Shown here one piece after another: positions 15,648 through 23,380 of a DNA stretch of 43,068 nt. Below the pieces are notes generated by a model. That model searched no databases and was not told the DNA's origin. It saw only the letters and a program-made list of their open reading frames with translations. Positions within the stretch are counted from its first letter, which is position 1. Every line of letters begins with the position of its first letter. This stretch comes from a virus, in the IMG/VR virus record IMGVR_UViG_3300029179_000007, positions 1 through 43,068 of that record. The stretch is one strand, 5' to 3'. A program made the translations under genes and the position numbers.

Positions 15648-16592
15648 ATGAATCTCCTGCAAGCAATTAAGGCTGCTAATCAGGCTGGTTCGATTCTTAA
15701 AAGGAATCATACTTTCTTGATCTACGGTGAGCCTAAGACTGGTAAGACTCGTCTAGTAGCAACGATCATTAAGATCCCTGAGCTGAAACGAATTTTCTGG
15801 TTCGATACTGAGAACGGAATTGAAACAATCCTGACAATGTATCGTGAAGGTTTCTTCACTAATGAGGAGATGGAAAAGGTTATCCTCATTAGAATTCCTG
15901 ATACTCGTGAACAGCCTACGGCTATTGAGACGATGCTCAAAGCAATCGCTAGTAAGAACGCTGTAAAGATTTGCGAAGAACACGGTAAGGTTAATTGCCT
16001 TGACTGTACTCAGAAGCTTAAGCCTATGATTGAGTTTGATCATAAGAGTCTTACTCCTGAGGATGCCATAGTAATTGACTCTATGTCGCAAGTTGGTGCT
16101 AGTGCTCTGAACGCAGCTTGTATTGGTAAAGCTTCCGAGTACAAACCAACCTTCGATGATTACGGTGCGTGCGGTAAATGGCTTGGTGATTTGTGTACTG
16201 TGATTCAAGCCGCTGCTTATTGCCACTTCTTTGCAGTTACACACACTCTGGAAATCACTGACGAAGATACTAAAAAGACAACGATCTATCCGTTGTGCGG
16301 TACTAAGAACTTCAGTATGAACTTTGCCAAATACTTTGGTAATGTAATCTACACTGACAAGATTCTGAAAAAGCACAAAGCAATTTCGACTACTACTGGC
16401 AATCAACAGACTCATGCTGGTAGTCGTCTTGGCCTGAAGCTGGATAGTATGGCCGACCCGAATCTCTGTACGCTACTGACTGACGAAAAGTTCTTTAGTG
16501 TTGCAGAAGATACTACCACTGAGGTAGTGCAACAACCTGCTACTGAGGCTAAACCCAAAGTAGTTCCTAACTTCCTGAACCGTAAGCAATGA
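15648..16592 (+). CDS. RecA-like AAA ATPase (AAA_24 / Sak4-like recombination ATPase)
   Basis: Walker A FLIYGEPKTGKT, Walker B AIVIDSMS. About 300 aa, located in the recombination module. Confidence 0.7.
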   Translation: MNLLQAIKAANQAGSILKRNHTFLIYGEPKTGKTRLVATIIKIPELKRIFWFDTENGIETILTMYREGFFTNEEMEKVILIRIPDTREQPTAIETMLKAIASKNAVKICEEHGKVNCLDCTQKLKPMIEFDHKSLTPEDAIVIDSMSQVGASALNAACIGKASEYKPTFDDYGACGKWLGDLCTVIQAAAYCHFFAVTHTLEITDEDTKKTTIYPLCGTKNFSMNFAKYFGNVIYTDKILKKHKAISTTTGNQQTHAGSRLGLKLDSMADPNLCTLLTDEKFFSVAEDTTTEVVQQPATEAKPKVVPNFLNRKQ

Positions 16593-16603
16593 GGAATACC
16601 AAG

Positions 16604-17113
16604 ATGTCTATTCTCGATCTGGATGCAATGCTGAGCCAAAACCTGGAAACCGTAGAAGCTGCTCCTGAGTTCGTTACTCTGGAAACTGGCGTATACGATC
16701 TGAAAGTAGTAAAGGTCGATGCTAAGAAGCGCGAGTCTAAAGATAAAGCTGCGGCTGCTGCTGCTGGTAAGGCTACTGAGTGGTTCGACCTGGTAATTAC
16801 TTACGGTGTAGAAAATACTGTGAGTCTGGAAAAGTCTGATGCTCTGCCTCCGAAGCCTGGTAGCCTGATTCAAGAGAACTTCCAGTTCACTGATAAAGGT
16901 CTGCCGTACTTCAAGTCTCGCGTAGTAGCTATCGCTGTAGCTATGGGCGGTACTGAAGCTGATGCTAATAGCCTGTCTCCGAAAGACGTTATGGATACTT
17001 TCCCTGGCGTTGCTACTTTCCGTGCCAACGTCAAGAAGAACGTCGAGAATGGCGTAGGCGATAAGGTCTACGAGAAGAACCGCATTACCAACGTAGTTGC
17101 TGTTCCGGCTTAA
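16604..17113 (+). CDS. Abundant replication-module protein, possible ssDNA-binding protein
   Basis: GAGGA SD 8 nt before ATG 16604. Strongly optimised codons. Sits between the ATPase and PolA. The SSB assignment rests on position only. Confidence 0.45.
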   Translation: MSILDLDAMLSQNLETVEAAPEFVTLETGVYDLKVVKVDAKKRESKDKAAAAAAGKATEWFDLVITYGVENTVSLEKSDALPPKPGSLIQENFQFTDKGLPYFKSRVVAIAVAMGGTEADANSLSPKDVMDTFPGVATFRANVKKNVENGVGDKVYEKNRITNVVAVPA

Positions 17114-17128
17114 TAGGCCTGTAATAAG

Positions 17129-17153
17129 CTAGCCCCTGCTCAGTGGGGGCTAG
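17129..17153 (+). terminator. Stem-loop (ctagcccc / ggggctag) with a poor U-tract: attenuator or processing site
   Basis: 8-bp perfect stem read directly, followed by ttcaattt. Confidence 0.4.
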
Positions 17154-17182
17154 TTCAATTTCCCAAGCAAAAGGAACCAATC

Positions 17183-17488
17183 ATGTCCCAAGTTAGTGCT
17201 GCAACTCTGTGCATGGTAACTCTTACTCAATTCGTAACTGTACCGGGCGCTCATGAAATTAAGTTTCAACTTCCTTTCCAAGAGCTTCCTAACAAAGAGC
17301 GTATTCTGGAAGTTCTTTCTGGTGAGTCCAATGAGCCTAATGCCTGGACTGCGCTAGTAGAAAACATGGAAGATGTAGACATTCTGGATTATCAAGATGC
17401 GTATGAAGTAGGTGATCTGGAGTTCGAGTGCTATGTAGACGGTGACGTAGTTGGTACTATCGTCATCAGTCAGTGGCCGGTCTACTAA
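17183..17488 (+). CDS. Strongly acidic 101-aa protein (candidate DNA mimic or host-factor inhibitor)
   Basis: AAGGAA SD. By my count about 18 Asp+Glu against 3 Lys+Arg. Hairpins lie on both sides. Confidence 0.75.
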   Translation: MSQVSAATLCMVTLTQFVTVPGAHEIKFQLPFQELPNKERILEVLSGESNEPNAWTALVENMEDVDILDYQDAYEVGDLEFECYVDGDVVGTIVISQWPVY

Positions 17489-17504
17489 TCCACCACTGGA
17501 TAGC

Positions 17505-17533
17505 AAAGCCCGGCCATCGTTGTCGGGCTTTTT
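17505..17533 (+). terminator. Rho-independent terminator
   Basis: aaagcccg / gccatcgttgt / cgggcttt stem followed by ttt. Confidence 0.65.
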
Positions 17534-17563
17534 ACTTTATAATTTTGGATCAAGGAATTTGTT

Positions 17564-19975
17564 ATGAACGTGCTAGTTAATTATGATCCTGCAGAAGCTA
17601 AGTATCTTAAAGCCTTGGATTATTTTGTACGTTCAGCTGGGCATAGCGCAGTAGTAACCAATAAGACTCTAACTCCGTACGAGATGGACTTGTACGCTAC
17701 TAGAGCGAATTGCTCTGCGGTAATCATTGCCAATGTAAAGACTCTTAAGAATTATGTAGACGACGAGAAGCCCACGCTCGATGCTTGGCGCGGTTCGCGT
17801 ATTAATAAAGGTGTGCCGGCTATTGTTGTAGATTCTCTGAGCAACATTTATGCTAAGCCTGAAGGCGACTTCTTGTTCCGTCGTGACTTGGCCAAAGTAT
17901 CTAAAACAATAGTACCACCCCGGAAGTTTAAGTATTCTGTTCTTAAGCGTGTAGATCAATTTCCTAAATGGCTGGAGCTTTGCAATCAAGCTGTAGCTAT
18001 CGGTCTCGACATTGAGACTAACCAGCATAGCCGTAAAAAGAATCCAAAGACTAGCACTAAAGTTCCTTGCTTCGATGATGAGACGTTGGATATTGCCGGG
18101 CTTGGTGAGACTTGGATTACTGTTCTTTCTATTAGCATTATGCTAGAGGACGGTAGGTTAGAAACTTGCGTGCTGCCTCTGGTAAACGGTCGCCAGGATT
18201 TCTGGGAACTAGACTCTGAATACGCTGCTGCTATTAAGTTCATGCAAGATGTCTGTGCAACGAAAGCTCCCAAAGTATTTCATAACGGACTGTATGACTG
18301 CTTCCATTTGATCCGCTATAATTGCTATCCAGAGAATTGGTGTCTTGATACTATGGCACTTAGCTGGTGCTGGTATTCTGAACTGCCTAAAGATTTGGGC
18401 TTCTTGTCTAGTTGGCTACTGTATGATGCTGAGTATTGGAAGTGGCTGTCTGACAAAGAACATAAAGTAGTAGGTAATATCGAAGACTACTGGATGTATG
18501 CTGCAAAAGATACTTGGTATATGATGCGTAACTTGCAAGAGCTTCTGCTGCAAGGTAGTCATTGGATGTTCACTAACTACTACTTCCAGTTCCCTCTAGT
18601 CTACCCATCTATCTATTCTGCTTTTGAGGGTATGCTTGTAAACAACACTACTAGGCTTAAGCTTCTTGACAGAGCTAGGGTAGAAGTTGATGCAGAGTTG
18701 GCTAAGATTCGCGTCATGACCGATGATGCTAAGTTTAATCCTAGCTCTCCTCAACAAAACTCCTCTTTCCTCTATGATGTATTAGGCGCAGCTAGACCAC
18801 CGCGTGCAAAGAGTGTATCTGCTACTGGTAAGAAAGAACGTCGCTTTGTATCTAGCCAGCATCCTATGATTGCTATGTTCACTGATGCGCTTGACAACTA
18901 CGCTAAGAATGCTAAGGGTATTTCTCAATACTTTAAGTTTATTCAGTGGAATGGTAGGCTGCTATGGGGTCTTGATCCTTTTGGTACTGAGACTTCTCGC
19001 TTTGCTAGTCGTAAATCTCATGCTTGGGTTGGTGCTCAAATTCAGAACCAGCCTCCGTATGCTAAGGAAATGTATGAGCCAGACCCAGGATATTTGCTAT
19101 TTGAAATTGACTACTCGAAAGCTGAAGCTATTTGTACTGCTTATCTTAGCCAATGTATCGCTCTCATTATTGCTCTTGTTGAACCTGAGCTAGACAGTGA
19201 AGGAGAGAAGAAAGACTTCTACAAAGTTCTAGGTGAACTGTTCTTTGGAATGAAGTACGAGGATGTAACTAAAGAGTTTCGTAATAAAGTTCTCAAGAAG
19301 ATTCAGCACGGTACTAACTACATGATGGGCGGTGCTACCTTCCTTGATAACCTGGAAGATTTCTCCGTTATCTTCCTTGCTGCTGAAATGCTTGGCTATG
19401 TTATTACTCCTGAACCTAAAGCGCCTAACGAGTTTACTGCTGTGCAGTTTGCTACTAAGCTGCTGGACTCCTACCACATTCCGTTCCCTGAAGTTAGTGC
19501 TTGGTGGGAAAGTATCCGTAACGAAGTAGCTTCTACTCATATGCTTGTAAACCCTCACGGCTTTGTTCGTTACTTCTTTGGTGATGCTGGCAAGAATCAT
19601 GCAGTTTGGCGTAGTGCAGTAGCCCATCAACCACAGTCTACTTCTGTGGGTAACTTGAACAAGGGTTATCTCAAAGCGTACAAATTCGCAGCAAGTTTAA
19701 AAGATAAATCCATTCTCAGAATCAAAACACAAATCCACGATAGTTTGTTAGGACAGGTAAAGATCGAGTACGCTATGGCAATTATTCCATTGCTTGCTGA
19801 TCTACTTGTCGCAAGGCAGGAAATATATGGTAGACAAATGGTTATCCCGGTTGAGATCGAGGTGACTAATACTAACTGGAAGGATAAGAAATCGTGGAAG
19901 GATTTTTCAGAGACTATTTTGCCTACGCTGGGGAGTCAGAAGTCCCTGACACCTTCAACCGTTGGACTGCAATAA
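17564..19975 (+). CDS. Family A DNA polymerase with a 3'-5' exonuclease domain and a roughly 140-aa N-terminal extension
   Basis: Exo motifs IGLDIETN, FHNGLYDCFHL, YAAKDTWY. Pol motif A LFEIDYSKAEA, motif B RNKVLKKIQHGTNYMMG, motif C TQIHDSLLG. Confidence 0.9.
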   Translation: MNVLVNYDPAEAKYLKALDYFVRSAGHSAVVTNKTLTPYEMDLYATRANCSAVIIANVKTLKNYVDDEKPTLDAWRGSRINKGVPAIVVDSLSNIYAKPEGDFLFRRDLAKVSKTIVPPRKFKYSVLKRVDQFPKWLELCNQAVAIGLDIETNQHSRKKNPKTSTKVPCFDDETLDIAGLGETWITVLSISIMLEDGRLETCVLPLVNGRQDFWELDSEYAAAIKFMQDVCATKAPKVFHNGLYDCFHLIRYNCYPENWCLDTMALSWCWYSELPKDLGFLSSWLLYDAEYWKWLSDKEHKVVGNIEDYWMYAAKDTWYMMRNLQELLLQGSHWMFTNYYFQFPLVYPSIYSAFEGMLVNNTTRLKLLDRARVEVDAELAKIRVMTDDAKFNPSSPQQNSSFLYDVLGAARPPRAKSVSATGKKERRFVSSQHPMIAMFTDALDNYAKNAKGISQYFKFIQWNGRLLWGLDPFGTETSRFASRKSHAWVGAQIQNQPPYAKEMYEPDPGYLLFEIDYSKAEAICTAYLSQCIALIIALVEPELDSEGEKKDFYKVLGELFFGMKYEDVTKEFRNKVLKKIQHGTNYMMGGATFLDNLEDFSVIFLAAEMLGYVITPEPKAPNEFTAVQFATKLLDSYHIPFPEVSAWWESIRNEVASTHMLVNPHGFVRYFFGDAGKNHAVWRSAVAHQPQSTSVGNLNKGYLKAYKFAASLKDKSILRIKTQIHDSLLGQVKIEYAMAIIPLLADLLVARQEIYGRQMVIPVEIEVTNTNWKDKKSWKDFSETILPTLGSQKSLTPSTVGLQ

Positions 19976-21159
19976 GTCTGGTATCCTCCATTATTGGACG
20001 CCAGGCCTATCTAGTCTTTGGCCATAAAGAACTCTATCCTAACACTTTTATTCTGCTTCAAGGCCAGCCAGCCTCCCGTAAAAGTACAGCTATATCCATT
20101 GGTACACGGCTATTAAAAGCTACAGGCTACGCTCGATTCGCCTCTGATCGTATGAGCCGTCAAACTTTCCTAGATGAGATGGCTCGTATTAACCAACCTG
20201 ATAACATGGGGATACCACTAGAGCAACAGTTCGAGATGCCACTAGACTATCCGTATGAGATGACGGTTCACGCTAACGAGTTCATTGACTTCATAGGACA
20301 AAATGACAAAGACTACCTTATGCTTCTCACTAACCTATATGATAATCTACCTGAGTATTCTAATCCTAAATTATCTAGCAAATCTGTAATCGTTCGCAAG
20401 CCTACTATTAACTTCATTGGAGGCTCTACTCCTGAGAACCTTAATATGGCATTCCCTAGTACAGCTATGGATACTGGAACTCTTAGCCGTATTCTGTTTA
20501 TTCATAGTAACCCTAGTCCTAAGAAGATTCTTATTCCTCAGCGACCGCCACATGAAGCTATGGTCACTATGCTTAACTGGCTTGCAGAGATTAAGAAGAA
20601 AGTTCAAGGAGCATTTACGATAACAGAAGATGCACTTAGTGCGCTAGATTATATTTATCAAAATTTTGAACCATTGGAAGATTCCCGTTTCTCTTTCTAT
20701 AGCGGACGCCGCTTAGATCATCTACTCAAACTGAGTATGATTATGGCTGCAACTAGGCTTAGTACAACTATGGACATTGACGATGTAGTAACTGCTAATA
20801 GCATCCTCGGCGTAGCTGAGTTCAGTATGCACAAAGCACTAGGACATTTTGGCCGTAGTAAACAATCGACCATTATGCATTCTATTATCGAGTACATGGA
20901 AACGGTAGGTAAGCCTGTAGTTCTCAAAGAACTTTACACTGTATTCGTCAGTGACTTTAATAAAGAAACTGAGTTCATGTCCATGATTATGGATATGCAA
21001 AATAGCGGACGTATTCGTGCAGTAAACATTGGTACAGAAGAAGTTCGCAAACCAGCATTTGAAGTGGTAAAAAAGAAGCTACCCAAGTGGATAGCCCAGA
21101 TGATTGTTCCTGATGTACTAACCGACCAAGAACTCCATAGCGTAGGAATGACAAGATGA
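19894..21159 (+). CDS. DUF3987-like P-loop NTPase (replicative helicase-like protein)
   Basis: GTG 19894 with a GGAAGGA SD. Walker A-like LLQGQPASRKSTA. Overlaps the polA 3' end by 82 nt in the -1 frame. Confidence 0.6.
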   Translation: MEGFFRDYFAYAGESEVPDTFNRWTAISLVSSIIGRQAYLVFGHKELYPNTFILLQGQPASRKSTAISIGTRLLKATGYARFASDRMSRQTFLDEMARINQPDNMGIPLEQQFEMPLDYPYEMTVHANEFIDFIGQNDKDYLMLLTNLYDNLPEYSNPKLSSKSVIVRKPTINFIGGSTPENLNMAFPSTAMDTGTLSRILFIHSNPSPKKILIPQRPPHEAMVTMLNWLAEIKKKVQGAFTITEDALSALDYIYQNFEPLEDSRFSFYSGRRLDHLLKLSMIMAATRLSTTMDIDDVVTANSILGVAEFSMHKALGHFGRSKQSTIMHSIIEYMETVGKPVVLKELYTVFVSDFNKETEFMSMIMDMQNSGRIRAVNIGTEEVRKPAFEVVKKKLPKWIAQMIVPDVLTDQELHSVGMTR

Positions 21160-22157
21160 ACGTATTGAATTGGGAAGAATACCGCAAACTAGCTGCACGC
21201 TCTGAGTCAATCCCCCAGATAGTTCTAGCCAATGATAAAGGCAAAACTCCTAATCATATTCTGGTGCGTCTGCTGCACGCTCAGCTAGGTTTGTGTACTG
21301 AGTTCACTGAGTTTCATGATGCCAAGACTCGGGTTAATGCAATAGAAGAATTGGGCGATATGATATGGTATCTGGCTCTGATCGACAATACCATTAACGT
21401 AGCTAGTCTGCAAAGTTTGGTCCAAGAGAACCCGCAATTCGACTATGACATTAGTCAGTATGTCAGTGCTAGTCATTGGATTGCTGAGATGGCTGATGTT
21501 CTTAAGCGTTGCATTTACTATGCTGAACCGTTCAACGAGCCTAATAAGAAAGGCATTATTCCTAGCAAGCGTTTTGAAGTAGCTTATTGGGGAGTAATTC
21601 GCTGGATGGAAGATATTATTAGCGATCAGAGTTTCCCTTCTATGGGAGAGCTAATGCACATGAATATCGAAAAGCTCAGCAAGCGATTCTCTGATCTTAA
21701 GTTTACTCAACAAGATGTACTGAATCGCAATATAGAGAATGAGCTTAGTCATATTCAAGAAAACTTTGAGCCTACTCAAAGGGAAATAGAGAAGGTGCTT
21801 GAGCAGACTAATGAAACAAATGACCTAGATTTTGCTACCTTCAGCAAAGAGTTAGTTCTGCGCTTCCCTAGTCTGACTGACCAGCTAGTTTTCGGTAGCC
21901 AATTCTTTGCGGCTCTCGACAACTACTACAGCACTAATGGCTGCGACGCAATGTCTAAAGCCTGGAAGTGTGGCTATACTGAACTGATGGCTTGCCGTCC
22001 TAACAATGCAGCAAAAGCTCATAAAGATATTTGGGCTGTAATGGATGTATGGGGACAGTTACATGTTTATGGTAAGCCCCTAACTGTGCAACAACTGTAT
22101 GTAATGTTTGACGACCAAAGGAAACTTTGCCTATGTCCGTCTATGTTGAAGAAGTAA
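21156..22157 (+). CDS. MazG-like nucleoside triphosphate pyrophosphohydrolase with a roughly 160-aa C-terminal extension
   Basis: LHAQLGLCTEFTEFHDA...IEELGDMIWYLALI matches the MazG helix pattern. ATGA start/stop overlap. Confidence 0.65.
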   Translation: MNVLNWEEYRKLAARSESIPQIVLANDKGKTPNHILVRLLHAQLGLCTEFTEFHDAKTRVNAIEELGDMIWYLALIDNTINVASLQSLVQENPQFDYDISQYVSASHWIAEMADVLKRCIYYAEPFNEPNKKGIIPSKRFEVAYWGVIRWMEDIISDQSFPSMGELMHMNIEKLSKRFSDLKFTQQDVLNRNIENELSHIQENFEPTQREIEKVLEQTNETNDLDFATFSKELVLRFPSLTDQLVFGSQFFAALDNYYSTNGCDAMSKAWKCGYTELMACRPNNAAKAHKDIWAVMDVWGQLHVYGKPLTVQQLYVMFDDQRKLCLCPSMLKK

Positions 22158-22369
22158 CACGCGCCGATTGTAAGAAAAAGAACTTTAGTGGACTACGCTC
22201 TGATCGTATCCTCTGCAATATGGAAATCTGGAAAGCTGGTGTAATGGTATATGAAGCAAGCGCAGCTGAGATGGCTACTAATCCTGAACGGTTTAAGCAA
22301 GCCTATGCTGAAGCTTTTGGTTTGTATATCGAGCAAGTAGAGTTCTTAGATATTACCCCACGGAGTTAA
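22133..22369 (+). CDS. Hypothetical protein (78 aa)
   Basis: AAGGA SD before ATG 22133. Overlaps the mazG-like 3' end. Confidence 0.55.
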   Translation: MSVYVEEVTRADCKKKNFSGLRSDRILCNMEIWKAGVMVYEASAAEMATNPERFKQAYAEAFGLYIEQVEFLDITPRS

Positions 22370-22370
22370 T

Positions 22371-22715
22371 ATGGCAAACATCATTCGTGTAATTAGCAAA
22401 GACCAAAAACAATTCGAGCGTTGCAAAAAGGCATTCCAATTGTACGAGAAGGACGTAATTGTCTATCGTGTAACGAAGCCTCAGCAACTGGAGTTGATCG
22501 GTAGTACCAATACCAAGATAGTGGTGCTGCCTAAAGGCTTTGATTGCATGAAAGCATGGGAAGAAACTGAGCTTCGTAAAAAAGCTGATAAGTTAAACTG
22601 CGGATTCTACAGTCTTACTGAAAAGAAATTCAAAGAGTTTGAGAAGGGTCCTAACGTAGTCTTTGAGACTGCTGGACAGGCATTGGAAGAACTTGCTGGA
22701 CCGGAGCTTGTATGA
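22371..22715 (+). CDS. Hypothetical protein (114 aa)
   Basis: GGAG SD. The ATG is 1 nt after the upstream stop. Confidence 0.65.
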   Translation: MANIIRVISKDQKQFERCKKAFQLYEKDVIVYRVTKPQQLELIGSTNTKIVVLPKGFDCMKAWEETELRKKADKLNCGFYSLTEKKFKEFEKGPNVVFETAGQALEELAGPELV

Positions 22716-22903
22716 AAACTACTACAGCGGTTAACCTGTTTGCTACTAATCTTCGTCAATTACTAGATGGCCGAACTACTATAGGCAGAAGGGAATTGGA
22801 AGTCTTGATAGACAATGCTCAGATTAAAACTCTGTCTACAGTAGTAGAATCCTTAAGCCCAGATAGCTTACCTAAAGAAAAGAAAGATAAAGGAGGTGAT
22901 TAG
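22712..22903 (+). CDS. Hypothetical protein (63 aa)
   Basis: ATGA start/stop overlap and GGAG SD. Confidence 0.6.
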   Translation: MKTTTAVNLFATNLRQLLDGRTTIGRRELEVLIDNAQIKTLSTVVESLSPDSLPKEKKDKGGD

Positions 22904-22904
22904 T

Positions 22905-22934
22905 TTGACGCCTGTAGACGTACCGGATTATACT
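22905..22934 (+). promoter_or_regulatory. Sigma70-type promoter (TTGACG-18-TATACT)
   Basis: Hexamers read directly. Drives the last plus-strand gene through a roughly 75-nt leader. Confidence 0.55.
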
Positions 22935-23015
22935 CCGCAACTGATACAGATTCAAAACCTGCGTTAACGGGGAGCAGCATCCGTAATAACACTGCACTTC
23001 AATAGGAGAAAAGAA

Positions 23016-23297
23016 ATGCCTGAGCATAATGATCCTCAAATGCAATATGATCCTCGTACTCCTCTTGGTATTCAAGCTGCTAGTTTATCTGCTGTTGCAG
23101 GTCAAGCTATTACTGAGCAGCTAATCAAGGGGCAGAAAAAAGGTTATGATGGTTGGCAAAACGCTAATACTTTTACACTGGCTATGAAAGCTGTAGCAGC
23201 GGCTGCTAAAGGTAATTGGCCTAGCGTTATTGCCTACGGTGCTATGCTGTATTGGCAATGGAAACATAACCAGCAAGAACAGGAAGTCTCAAAATGA
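23016..23297 (+). CDS. Hypothetical protein (93 aa), possibly membrane-associated
   Basis: AGGAGA SD and its own promoter. Hydrophobic stretch NWPSVIAYGAMLYWQW. Confidence 0.65.
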   Translation: MPEHNDPQMQYDPRTPLGIQAASLSAVAGQAITEQLIKGQKKGYDGWQNANTFTLAMKAVAAAAKGNWPSVIAYGAMLYWQWKHNQQEQEVSK

Positions 23298-23325
23298 TTA
23301 TGCCCTATCTTTGAAAGCTGAGTAA

Positions 23326-23368
23326 TAAAAAACCCCGCCCTAGCTTAATAGCCGGAGCGGGGTTTTTC
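23326..23368. terminator. Bidirectional rho-independent terminator between the convergent arms
   Basis: aaaaaa-ccccgc...gcgggg-ttttt: the stem is flanked by an A-run and a T-run. Confidence 0.8.
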
Positions 23369-23380
23369 TTTGCCTAAGAT

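Noticed and set aside
15753-16873. Minus-strand ORFs of 220 aa and 153 aa opposite the AAA ATPase and SSB-like genes (also 4562..5254 and 6890..7282)
   Set aside because: They are antisense to well-supported plus-strand genes, have no SD and are not transcriptionally sensible within the plus-strand arm.
19894-19975. A programmed -1 frameshift fusing PolA to the DUF3987-like NTPase (the 82-nt overlap includes a T5 run, gatttttca)
   Set aside because: There is no canonical X XXY YYZ heptamer in the PolA frame and no obvious downstream pseudoknot. GTG 19894 has its own GGAAGGA SD, so independent initiation is the simpler reading. Ribosome profiling could revisit this.
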